DNA of 63,658 nucleotides, counting the filler, from Reticulomyxa filosa (lineage: Eukaryota; Protista; Foraminifera): NCBI GenBank assembly GCA_000512085.1. It is 18 parts of 18 records of this genome, joined end to end, with 100 filler letters (N's around TTAATTAATTAA, not from the genome) between each part and the next. Parts side by side here need not be neighbours in the genome. Positions count along the whole stretch, not along the records: positions 1 to 1,478 come from ASPP01027215.1; positions 1,579 to 4,369 come from ASPP01006256.1; positions 4,470 to 9,126 come from ASPP01020930.1; positions 9,227 to 11,080 come from ASPP01038622.1; positions 11,181 to 13,958 come from ASPP01013226.1; 13 more parts are not named here. The stretch is one strand, 5' to 3'. The notes under the pieces were generated by a model that ran no database searches, was not told the DNA's origin, and worked only from the letters and a program-made list of their open reading frames with translations. How positions within the stretch are numbered: the stretch's first letter is position 1; each line of letters begins with the position of its first letter. The position numbers were made by a program, and so were the translations under genes. This document shows, piece after piece, positions 1-11,792 of the stretch.

Positions 1-850
1 CTTCCAATCATTCAATGAAATAACATATTTTTTTAAATTAAAAAAATGAATGTGCTGTGTTAAATTAATTTTGTACTTTATTATATCAAAATTAAATTGT
101 TTTGCTTAACATATATCTAAACTATCAAAATCAATTTTGAATAATTATTTGATATAAAAAGTGTGTTTATGCAATGCCAAATGAAAACTTATCAACTCTG
201 CTGTCATGATTCAAGTGCATTCTTTCATTATGTAATTGGAATATTTTATAGATTTTCATTTCTTTAAATGCTTTAGACTAAGTTGAATATTATATTATTA
301 AATAACTTAGCATATTTAGAAATCATTTTATCAAATCATAAATTCGTCTTCTTTTAATAATATTCTTACATTGTTGATGTTCAATCTGCAATCATTCAAT
401 ACTGATTTCAATAAAGTTTTATAAGATCACAGAAATACAATCTGATTCTCTTCAAAGTACAATTTTCATTTATTATGCTTTTCAATTCTTTAAAAACATT
501 GAACATAGTTTTTTCAACTTTTTTGAACAATAAAGTAAATAAAACAAATGTTTCAGCGTTCAATCAAATCAAACAAGTTTAATATCATCTTACTTTTCTT
601 TTAATCAAACTTTTCAAACAAAAACACTTCCATTTCTTGTTCAATAAAAAACTAAATTATCCCCAAATACGAATGGAACCTTTGACTGAACCATAGCACA
701 AATTCAAATCATATGTAACATTCTTTGCTTCCTTTTTTTTTTCAATGCAATAAATTTAAGACACAATATTCCATTATCTTCATCATCTCCTTTGATTATA
801 TACAATTGATTCTTATTTGATCGAATATCCCAAAATCGAATTGTATTATC
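1..850 (-). repeat. Dispersed duplication: WD40 gene 3' end plus about 650 bp of non-coding flank
   Basis: The reverse complement aligns by eye with 60677-61498 (e.g. CTTCCAATCATTCAATGAA at 1 vs TTCATTGAATGATTGGAAG ending 61498), with substitutions and small indels. Confidence 0.9.
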
Positions 851-1478
851 AAGTGATCCAGAACATATCGCATTCGAATTACAATTACTATTCTTTATTA
901 CAAATGGTGAATATACAACATACAATACATAACTTGTATGCCCATTGAATACTTGAATTTGTTGACCAGATCGAATATCCCACAAACAAACACTTTTATC
1001 ATATGATCCAGATAATATTGTATTTAATAATTCATTTGATCCATATTTTACAATCTTAATCCAATGTTTATGTCCTTTAAATATATTGAATTGTTTGGTT
1101 GTTTCAATATCCCATATTCGAATGGTTTGGTCTGATGATCCAGAACAAATTGTATATCCATTTCCACCAATCACACCAATATTATTCATTTTATTATTAT
1201 TCTTGTCATTGCTTTGTAATGGTGAAATATCAACACACCAAACAGTATTTTCATGTCCATTGAAAACATGTAATGATTTTGATGTTTTAACATCCCATAA
1301 ACGAATTGTTTTATCCCATGATCCAGAACACAAATATCTACTACTATTGAATGGTGAAAATTCAATTCCACAAACACCATCAGTGTGTGCATTGAATATT
1401 TGTAGTTGTTTATTATGTCTGAAATCCCAAAAACGAATGGTTTTGTCACCTGATGAAGAACAAATGATATTTTGACGA
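657..1478 (-). CDS. WD40-repeat protein, C-terminal part (expanded lineage-specific family); 5'-truncated by contig edge
   Basis: Repeated GH...CSGSxDxTIRxWD motifs. The frame slips in the T10 run at 733-742; adding one base restores the family C-terminus (KNVTYDLNLCYGSVKGSIRIWG*), which matches the paralog at 60677-60876. Confidence 0.92.
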
Positions 1479-1578
1479 NNNNNNNNNNNNNNNNNNNNNN
1501 NNNNNNNNNNNNNNNNNNNNNNTTAATTAATTAANNNNNNNNNNNNNNNNNNNNNNNNNNNNNNNNNNNNNNNNNNNN
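1479..1578. other. Artificial contig spacer N44-TTAATTAATTAA-N44 (first of 17)
   Basis: Identical 100-nt spacers start at 1479, 4370, 9127, 11081, 13959, 15629, 18211, 19517, 22309, 28610, 30496, 34719, 36369, 41385, 43365, 60577 and 62438. The 12-mer gives stops in all six frames. Confidence 0.99.
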
Positions 1579-1579
1579 A

Positions 1580-1618
<39 letters not shown>

Positions 1619-1622
1619 CCAG

Positions 1623-3071
1623 GGAAGCACTGCAGGAAACACAGCCATTGGTGGCTTGTCCACTCAAGAATCTGAAACTGGTTGGCAAGTCAATTTAACT
1701 AACTCCACTTTCCACGTAAATGGAGCCTATGCCGCTTTCAAAAATCCTTTGAATGTACCTTTGCGAATTGTCAATTTAACCACAAATATTGATTTATCAG
1801 TTTTGCTTTGTTTTTCCCTCTTTTGTTTTACTTTATTCTCATCTTACATTTCGACATTCCTTATGTTGCTTGTATACTTGCTTTTTTTTTTTTTTTTTAG
1901 TACCTTTTGGAATTTGATTTTACACTGAACTTGAGTAAAGTAGGCATAACAGTACCAGAGGGCTACGGTATGTGTTGTAGTTTATAACATATTTGTGTTT
2001 TCAATGCGTTACAAATATTGTGGTTTTTTTTTTGGTTTTTTAGTGGATCCTGACCCAGTGGTGAAATCAAATGAAACTTGTTTACTTGACTGTTTAGTAG
2101 GAAAAGAAAAGCCAAGAGTGGAAAAAAAAATTTTTTTATTGGTATCCTATGGCACATTTTTTGTTGTAAACAAAATCAAAAGTAAAAAAGGGTGTCTACA
2201 AGTGCCATTGTGGACCGACCAATCAATTTGCGCTTATGCGAAGTGGTCCTGGGATGTATCAAAAGAATTCCTCAATGACTTGGATTGATTTACTAGCCTA
2301 TGAGTATCAATCAGCATTTGTGATAGGAACTCCACAATCAGGACAATTTGGCTATCCCGATGTTGCAGACCTTTGTATGCTGGTTCGTCATCAATCATAT
2401 CATATATCATATATAAATATATGTATATTTTCCTAATGAGTAATAATGATAATCCTTTTTTGTTTTCAATTGAATAGACTCCTGACATAGCATTACCGTG
2501 CTGCTTTGTTGGCGAAGTTGCAGCAGCTATTTGCTACGAAAATCAAGAGTTGCAAAGAAATATCAATGCAGAATTAGTGCAGGTGTACGTTTCGACTCAC
2601 ATGTATTCCCAAATGAAAGTTCAAGTGAGCCGAGCTTTTGAACTAACTGTGACCTATGATCAAGATTTCTTCCCAATCTACTTTGGTTACGGTGTGTATG
2701 CTGGATATTCGGCTGATGATGGTATCAACTGTGATGATTTTGTGTTTTATCCCACTACCACTGCAAAGCCAACCACTCGAGCGCCGACAACCAAAGCACC
2801 AACAACTAAAAACCCTACCCAACGTCCAACAACACGACCTACCACCTCTAAACCAACGAATGCACCTACCCCCTCTCCACCAAAAAATGCACCTACTCCC
2901 TCTCCAACAAATGCACCTACCCCCTCTCCAACAAATACACCTCCACCAACCTCCTTTTCTCCAACGAATGCACCTACTCCCCCTCCAACAAATACACCTC
3001 CACCAACTTCCTTTTCTCCAACGTCCGCGCCCACACCCTTACCAATTCAAACCAATCAAAAATTGAATTAA
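1623..3071 (+). CDS. Multi-exon, probably extracellular protein with a Cys-containing region and Pro/Thr-rich mucin-like tail; 5'-truncated
   Basis: Short GT-AG-bounded exons (GSTAGNT..., YLLEFDFT..., VDPDPVV..., CGPTNQF..., TPDIALPCC...) lead into PTT/PTNAPTPS repeats. Several N-x-S/T sequons are present. Confidence 0.65.
2852..3040 (+). repeat. Coding tandem repeats: 24-bp PTNAPTPS units and a duplicated 57-bp unit
   Basis: CCAACRAATGCACCTACYCCCTCT is repeated; PTNAPTPxPTNTPPPTSFS occurs twice. Confidence 0.85.
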
Positions 3072-3358
3072 TTGAGATAGAAGAGAAAAGGATAAAAAGT
3101 GCTCTTTTATGTTTATTTGTTGTAAAAAGCTAAGTAAACTTTAGAATTTTCTTTCCAACAAAATTTTCAATGCAATTTCTTTTTTTGGCTAAAATATGTA
3201 CATTTCGTGGGGAAGTTACCATCAAATGTTTATAGCGATCAATGAATCAAGATTTCCACGAGCAAAAAAAGAGATTGAAAGGAAAAAAAAAACATTCAAA
3301 TACTCAAACAACACTAATTTTAAAAAAACGCAGCACAAAACAAAAAACAGAAAATAAA

Positions 3359-4284
3359 TTATTGTTTTGTGTCTTTTTGAGCAGTCGCACTTTCATTTGA
3401 TGGAGATGTTTTACTTTTGATATTAGCTTCTTTGTTCAACTGGGAACTTGCTTGTAGTGATTGCTGTTTCGCTTGTTCTTTCATGAGTTCAATATCTCCT
3501 TTAAGTTTCAAATTGTTTTGACGAAGAGTTGTAACTTTTTTTTCCAATTCTTCAATCCGACGGCTCTTTTCTGCTTCTGTGGCCTTTTCTCTCTTTCATT
3601 TTTCAAAAAAAAAAATTAAGCTTTTTTAAAGTCCACCATTCCCTTTTTTTAAAAAATAAACACAAAAAAGTTGATTTGACAAAACAGATGTCACCGCCTC
3701 TTTGAGTTTGTTCATTTCTCGAAAGCACTTTTTCAAATGAATTTTTTTGATTCCTAATTCGTTGGCCAGGATAGATTCGTCCAAATCATGTAATAAAATG
3801 CTCCCGTCAATAGATAGACTATTGAAGTTGTCGATATATTTTTGTAAATGAATACTGTTGAGCCAATAGCAAACCTCCAAAGTGCTCCATTGATCAGCGT
3901 TTTCAGGTTTTCCAAAGCTATTATCTTGCGTGGCCCTCTGTTCCATTTCAGAGAGCAATCGATGTTGAGCATCGACCCGTGTCTGCATGGATTCGACCAT
4001 ACCGCGCATAGCCTCGCCCATTTCTTGAGAGGTCGAATCCATGGACATGTCGTCCCAGTTTTGCAGAGATTGTGTGTTGATCAGATTGCTGCGACGTCGT
4101 TCGTGTTCCGATTGTTTGCCGTTCGCATTGTCATTGCCAGTGCTAGCGCTACTGCCAATGCTCGAATTGCTTAGCTTGTTTTTTCATGTTGCAATTGACT
4201 TTCTGGAGACGGTGACAAACTTTTACTTGTGGAAGAAGATACTGATACATTCGAATTCATTCTGCCATTGTACACATTTGCCAT
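3359..4284 (-). CDS. SAM-domain and coiled-coil protein
   Basis: WSTLEVCYWLNSIHLQKYIDNFNSLSIDGSILL...LGIKKIHLKKCFREMNKLK is a SAM consensus. One intron lies at about 3595-3692, and there is an apparent one-base slip in the T6 run at 4179-4184. Confidence 0.8.
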
Positions 4285-4469
4285 CGATTCCTTTTAGCAT
4301 TTTTTCAAGTGTTAGTTATTCAATGTCTTTTGAAATTAAATACCTCTTTTTTTTTTTTTTTTTTTTTGCNNNNNNNNNNNNNNNNNNNNNNNNNNNNNNN
4401 NNNNNNNNNNNNNTTAATTAATTAANNNNNNNNNNNNNNNNNNNNNNNNNNNNNNNNNNNNNNNNNNNN

Positions 4470-4543
<74 letters not shown>
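4470..4543 (+). repeat. (TTTA)n microsatellite, intronic
   Basis: About 18 near-perfect TTTA units. Confidence 0.95.
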
Positions 4544-4544
<1 letters not shown>

Positions 4545-4602
4545 CATTTGTCCTTTATATATATGCATATATGTACATATATATGTTTATGTATGTATAT
4601 AT

Positions 4603-7600
4603 TCATAATTTCGAAACTTCAATGCCACCAACATAACGAATACTGTCTTCCAGGGCCAGTGGACGAATGCTGGAAACTCCACCACTCAAATAAGCATAAG
4701 GCCCTTGCGAGATAACAACGGTGTTGACAGGATGAGAGGTGTTTTTGAGAATTCCGCCAGGGGCACGCAAGCCGGCGACGTTGACAATCTCTTGGAGAAG
4801 CGATACGTCACTCACATTGGCCTCCATCAAATAGGGGGAGAGTTCTTGAATTTCCAAGTTCTCGCTGTTGGACTGCAAAATGTTGCGCGCCTCGGCAAAG
4901 GAGTAATGGGACTGCGGATGAAACGAACATGCAACCGGTGGGAATGGGTCGATTCGGTTTGGATAATGGCTTATTTTTTCTTCTCTTTCTTGGATATAGT
5001 TGACAGCTCTGGAGGAGTGGAAAGTTCCTGTGTAATCCGTCCCCGCATCGACGATGGTTGTCACCTGTTTCGTTGACAATACGCCATTGAATACAAGCAC
5101 TGGTCCGATCCACCAAACGATCGGCAATGTAGTTCCATTGCGCTCTGGTTTCTGCAAATGTCGTGAGTCGACACCTATTTCATAAGATATATGTATGCAT
5201 GTGTATGCAAATTCAAATGCAAGCGCAAACAATAAAAAAGCAAAAAAAATGTTATCGTTATGTTCTTAACCAATAATCAATTTGCAATCGGTCGACTGTA
5301 ATATTGGCCCGTACATGATTTTATGTGAAATGGCTTCATCAAGCTTGAAGGTGGCGTTTTGTGAAGCCACCGAACTTTCTCGTTTGTTCCTTTTTTTGAA
5401 CTTTTTCTTGCCACCCTTGGTGCTGCCGCCGTTGTTCTTTTTCTTCTTCTTTCCAATCCTCTCTGTATTCGTCTTCAGCAATAGTGTTTCGTGGAATTGT
5501 CTGTACTTGGCTCCGTTCAAATACAGCAACACATCGAAGCTTTGCTTGTTCTTGCTTTTCACATTGGCGACCATCGCGATCGATGACAACTGAAACGTGA
5601 CTGTGATGTGATACCATCGGTTAAATTCAAAGTGCACGTCGCTGCAAATCAAGTAATTGGATGTCTCTTGATTCGCCAACTTGATGATGATGCTCCCATT
5701 TCCGCAATGGTATCGCAGTTCCATTATATTCACCGATGAGCTGTCTTTCAATATCGTGCACAACGTCAATTCCGGACTGGCTTTGCTGGCGCTGCGCAAA
5801 TTGAACCAAAATGACAACGAAAAGCCACGTTCAGGCACGATACTGAAATGTGATCTCCCCGCCATTTTGATGCACGCCACACGCTGACTAAAACACTCAA
5901 ATTCAAAAAACGGAAATTTGTGTTCTCCACTTAGGAATTGCATTATGGAGTAATAGCGCGAGTTATTTTCACGAGCCCATGTTAGCAGTGTGTTCAATTC
6001 GGAAGGAGATAAGCGATGGGTGCCAAGTTCTTTTACATACAAATAAACAAATATATGTATATACGTATATGTATATTATACGTATTACACAAACCAAAAG
6101 GGAACACAACAAACCGACGATAAATTGATTAAGTACTCTCCGCAAAGATGACTTGGAAGGGGATTCAAATACTTGTGCGTACAGGTCGAATACATGTTGA
6201 ATTGTTCCTTGCTAAAAAAAAAATACATAGGAAAAATAGCAGAAATCAGAACGTTAATTAACATAGTGTTTAATAAACCAAAAAAAAAAAAAAAAAAAGG
6301 AGAGGGGGCTTAGTTGGAGTAACATCTGTCAACAGCTGTTTGTTTCGAAGGAGCAGTCGTTTTTCGCCATTGTCATCAATGATGTACAAATTGATCAAGG
6401 ACAAGAGCTTTTCAAAGACTTGGAGTTGCGCTTGTTCCGAACACAGACTGGCCAATTTCAAAATCACCAAAATAGCCTCTGGATTTTTGATGATTCGAGG
6501 TTTATACGCTTCCATACTTTGCTTTTTTTCTTCATGGGACTCCACGTGTGTTTTTTCGTCTTCTTCTTTCTTTGTCGTGATTTGCACTGCATTTGCAGCA
6601 AACGGCCTGTCTCCGTCCTCACTCGACTCTTCGATGGCCAGGTCAAACAATATTTGAAACAGCTTTGTGGAATGAGACGACTTCAATACACCCGTCACAA
6701 TCATTGCATCGGCAATGCTGTTCCACGACGAATGCCAAAAGTGTGCACGATTTTTGGGATGATTGGCAATAACCGCGAGAATGAGTACGAATGACTTTTC
6801 GATCAAGTCCATTCCCAATTGCGACAGTTGTTCATCGCATTCTGGCCACAAGGAATCCAAGGACGCAGATAAGCTCAGCACCGTTGCAAACCCGCCCAAT
6901 TCATGCCAGCTGTTTTTTGTGTTCATCGCCGCTGTGTTCGATTCGTTCATCACTTGACGCAACGCTTCCAACATGTTTATGCGATACTCGTACGAATGCT
7001 TTTCCGCATTTAATGACGACAACATATCGCTGACCGAGTCTTCGTCTATTTGGTTGCAAATTACTTTTATGGCTGCCTCCACATGGGGGCGTGATTTCAG
7101 CAGTGCGTATACTGCACGATTGCAGCGTTTTTCTCGGAACAACTAAATTCGTATATGTACATGTATATACATACATATTTACTTATCACATACACACATA
7201 CACACACACACACACAAAACATTGGCATTTTCATCGTCATCTCGGACGAGATTCAACAAAGTCTCCATTGCCAAAGCGTACAGATCGTGATGTTGACAAA
7301 GTAATACGAGTGATGATTCCTATGTCAATTGTCATATATTGGAGAAAGAGAATGGGAAAGGCAGGATATTCCTCCTGCCTTCCAATCAAAACAAACTCAA
7401 CCCAACTACAAATCAAATCAAATCAAACCAAAGCAAATAAAACGAAACAAAACTTGTTTGAACAAGCTCAAATTGTCGAGAATGACACTTCTCTCTGCGG
7501 CGTCTTGCAACCCTAGAGAGTTTTTCAACCATTCGTGCGTCATTGCCAGCATCATTTGGCCATTCGCATGTAAGGTGTCGATAGCGTGGTGAAACCGATT

Positions 7601-9126
7601 GGAGAACTTGCCCCCTTCGATGGCATCGAACCATTGTTGCACATCTTTGGTCTGCCACGACCTGATTTCCGAGGGGAGCACCTGCAGCAGTTTTTTCGTA
7701 TTTGCTACATTGGCGGTGATCTGTGTTGGCGAAGAAGGGCTTTCCCCTTCCGTCAAATGTTGAGACAAGTGTTGAATATGATCCATCAACACTTCCACTA
7801 CTCCGGTCACACGAAATGCGCGCCTTCGTTATTATTTTTACAATTTACACAATTTAAATCAAATTATTTTTTTTTTTTTTTAAAAAAAAAATTACACAAC
7901 TTATAGGAAGGCCGTTCTAAGATAGTTTTGCTAATGGTTTGTAATAACAAGGTAACCATGTCTTTATCTGTGGCCTCTCTCAATAACTGTTTGAGCGCAC
8001 TTAATTCACTCAAAGGTGGCGAATCGGCGTCCAGACTTTGAATGACAAACTCCAAGATGGACATAACTTTCTTTCGCTCCTCCATTTCGACACAAGGCAT
8101 CCGCAGCAACAATGGTTCGAGCGCATGCAGATCAATGAGGAATTGGACGTTGTTGGCCTGATACATGATGATCAGTATCCTCGTTAGCACTTCCATGCGA
8201 GTCCATTGACTCCAAGTGTTCTGGTACACTCTCTCCAGTATTGCAAAGGCACCTCGACTTCGAACCCGTATGCCGATCACTGGATTGAGGGTCGAGCCAA
8301 TGGGGATACTCGTAGTATTTCCATTATTATCGCTACCACTAGTTGTGCTGAAGGATGAGGAGGGTGTCACCGACAACGACGGCGACGACGACGCTGTCAA
8401 TGTCTTTGCACCCGAGGTGTGCTCATTGTGGCCGTGGCCATTATTCTTGCTATCCTTTTCATTGCCATTGCCATTGCTATAGCCACTGCCATTTTCATTC
8501 TCATTGTCGTCCGCATCGTCCTCATCGTCTTCGTTTTTGTGAGGTTCTCCGCCGTTCTTCACCGCCTTCCCACTGTCCTTACGGTCGCCTCCATTGTTGG
8601 CTTGATCGGCATTCGACGTTTGCTCGCTAGCGCCAGACGCATTGGCCTCTTTCGCTTTCTCATTCGATTTGGACTGGAACTTGAACTTGGTCCCGTCGTT
8701 CATAAACACCAAATCATTGATAATTCGTAGTAACTCGTTCTTCATGTCCACCAAACATAACCCTCGCAGAACCCCAAACTCACTCATTCCTGTCCAATTC
8801 TACAAAAAAACAAAACAAAAACAACTTGTATTCAATTCGTTTCAAACATAGCAAATACTAAAAAAATACTTTCTACAAATTATCTTCTTCCCCCCCCCCT
8901 CTCCTCCTCTCGTCAAAAAAAAAAAAAAAGACCTGGTTGATTTTTCGATCATGTTGACGATCCCCCAGCGAAGAGGCAGCCATGAGCAGTCCTTCCAAAA
9001 TCGAAAACCCGTCGGACTGCCGAAAGTGGCGAACCAAGTAGGGGGTCATTTTGGACGAGTACTTTAGCACGGAATGGACTGTGGTTAACACGGTCACCAA
9101 TGATACGAACGTAGCTTCGTTTATTT
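4603..9126 (-). CDS. BEACH-family protein (WDFY3/Alfy/LvsA-like), internal ARM-like and ConA/LamG region with an inserted SAM domain; truncated at both ends
   Basis: A chain of minus-strand exons carries Alfy-like motifs (HFRQSDGF, VRSRGAFAILE, LGGFATVLS, IKNPEAI, LGTHRLSPSEL), LamG motifs (GFSLSFWF, WYHITVT, LYLNG) and SIRYVGGI. The BEACH domain itself is not in this contig. Confidence 0.75.
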
Positions 9127-11792
9127 NNNNNNNNNNNNNNNNNNNNNNNNNNNNNNNNNNNNNNNNNNNNTTAATTAATTAANNNNNNNNNNNNNNNNNN
9201 NNNNNNNNNNNNNNNNNNNNNNNNNNTTCGACACTAGTAGTTTGCGCCATTTTTTAACAATCGAGCTTCTCTTGTCTTTGAAGTTTGTAAATTGCCGTCC
9301 AACACAATCTTTGCGGATAATTGTTGGAGTGACAAAGCGCCAGAGATTTGTTTACACCTATGTTGATGACAAGTTATTTTCAATTTTTCGGATTACTGCT
9401 TGACGTTTCCACAACTTATTTATTATCTTTGACTGGCGCGTCATGTGAGAAAGTATTGCATGTCTGGGATCACGAAATCTACACTTGCGGGTGTGAAGAC
9501 CAGTGCATAACCATAATCAACAAATCTGTAGATTTTTTTTTAAACAGATTTAACACAAAAGTATCTTTCTTCTCCATATCCTCCTCCTTCTATTCATCAT
9601 ATTACTATTCTTGCTTGCCAAGTCTTTACGGGGTTTCGCAAGACTCTTTCGCCAAGTTGAGCCACTATTCATGTAATGTTCTTTCAATGAGCTATTTTCT
9701 CGATCGACGTAAGTGTTCCTGAACATCCATTCATTTTTTCATCAACTTACGCTCATTCTCTGTCGCCGTTGCGATACCACACTTTCTACTTTGCGTATTA
9801 CAGCATTTTTTTTTTTTCTTGGTGGGATTTCTTTCGCAGTTTAGGTGCACGATCCAACTTTCAGGTCTTGAACATGTAAAATCTTGCCAATTGTTCCACG
9901 AGATATTATTGACTTCGCACATCAAGTTAGTAATTTTGCATTGTCGATTTAATGATGAAGTACCATGTTTATACATTTTTTTCATTATTGTTCGTATTCG
10001 TTGCGACGATTAATCTAATCAATATATGCACAGTATAAAATCCAAAGTTGAGAAAGTGCAGACGCATCCGACCAGTTTTTAAACGAGCACCAATATATGA
10101 GTTTCGATTGTCATGATTAGCTAAAGTTTGCTCCATTTTCATAACGACCTGTCCACTTGTTCGTCGCGACTGTAGCTTAAGTTTCGCGTCCTCTTTGGCG
10201 CTTTGCCAATCCAACAATTATATCTTGAGAGCTATCACTTGCTGCTCTTTTTTTCTTCTTTCCATTCTTCATCCCCTTTTCCCCTTTACTTTTTTCATCT
10301 TTTTTAAACTTATTTTTCTATTTTTTTCTCTTTTTTTTCATTTTGCTCTTTTTAATCTTTTTTTTCCCATTGTCTTCTTTTTTAATTTTTATTTCTAACA
10401 TTCTTTTTTATTTTTTGCATTCTTTTTTATTTTTTGCATTCTTTTTTTAAATTTTATTTACAACATTCTTTTTTGTTTTTTTGCATTCTTTTTTTATTTT
10501 TTTTTCAATTTTCTAAAAAAAATTTTCACCCACTTTTTTCCCCCATTTTTTCAATCCTTTCCCACAACTTTTCTTTTCCCCCCACAAGTTTTACCTATCC
10601 CTCTAACTCAAATGAAAATATAAAATATAAAATAAAAACAAAAAAAACTTCCAATATTGCTTGATCTTGACTCCTATCAACATATCAATAAATAAAGAAT
10701 TTTTCATTTTTTAAGAAAAAAACAAAACAAAACTTGACTTCGGAGCTTAAAGCTCCAATTCGAATTTTTCTATACTTTTTTTTCTTTTGAACGGGGAGTG
10801 GGAGAACAAACATTTTTTTTTTTGATGGGGGCATGCCTGTTCACAAACAAACGTATACTTTTTATCAAAAAACATAATAATAATAAAAAAATAAACCTTT
10901 TAATTTTTATATGTGCACGGGGTTGGCTTCGACCCCGAAGTTTTTCTTTAGAGTGAGGGTACGTATATATATTTTTTTTTTTGAATGGAGGGCTGCGGCT
11001 GTTGCAAAACACATAAATTATTTATGTCAAAAAAATAAAAATTATATATAACAAACCTGATTTTCTCCTTGTGGAGACGGNNNNNNNNNNNNNNNNNNNN
11101 NNNNNNNNNNNNNNNNNNNNNNNNTTAATTAATTAANNNNNNNNNNNNNNNNNNNNNNNNNNNNNNNNNNNNNNNNNNNNGAATTTCGGGTTTTTAAAAA
11201 CCCGGAATTCAAACCCTTTCGGTTCCAACATGTTCCCACATACACTTGGATTGGTGAGCCACAAGACAAGTCTCAAGACATTAATAAACTTCTTGGGCTT
11301 TCCTGAAAGGAATATCAGAGGATATCGGGATTAATTTTTTCCTTCACAACTCGCAAAATACAATTTACTTCAGACTAAAAAGATGTCTTCTCTCTTCAAA
11401 AAGTGAACAGCAATTGTCTTTTTTTTTTTGAAAGAATTGTTTTTCAAAATTTCTAATGCAAATATAAAAAACATCAAAATTTTTATGTTCGACATAATAT
11501 TCAACAAACTAAGAAAAAACTCTAAGGGCATTCAACACTCCTTGTTTTGTGTTTCAAATAATGTTTTTAAAAATTGGTCACATCATCGCGTTTTTTCAAA
11601 CTCTAAAAAACTATTACTTTGTGTACATGCCATTTTCTCAAACTTTGGTTGTTTTTTAAAAAAAGAACAATGGAAAACGTTTTCAACATGTTACATTACA
11701 ATTACGCTAATTTTTTATTATTTTTTTGTTTTTTTTTGTTTTTTTTTGCGCTTGTGCAAACAATTTGGAAAATGAACACCAAAAAAAAAAAA

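Noticed and set aside
733-742. Frameshifts in homopolymers (also 4179-4184, 24874-24883 and about 48598) as programmed frameshifting or phase variation
   Set aside because: Each is a single-base change in an A/T run of an otherwise intact region, best explained as homopolymer sequencing error; raw reads are needed to say more.
1086-1475. Long antisense ORFs over WD40, calreticulin, BEACH, DnaJ and HDAC exons
   Set aside because: These are shadow frames of real genes on the opposite strand, with no motifs of their own.
10195-10664. Phe-rich ORFs resembling membrane proteins (also 11428-11775 and 55563-55991)
   Set aside because: These are translations of T-rich low-complexity DNA or of the antisense of AAT repeats.
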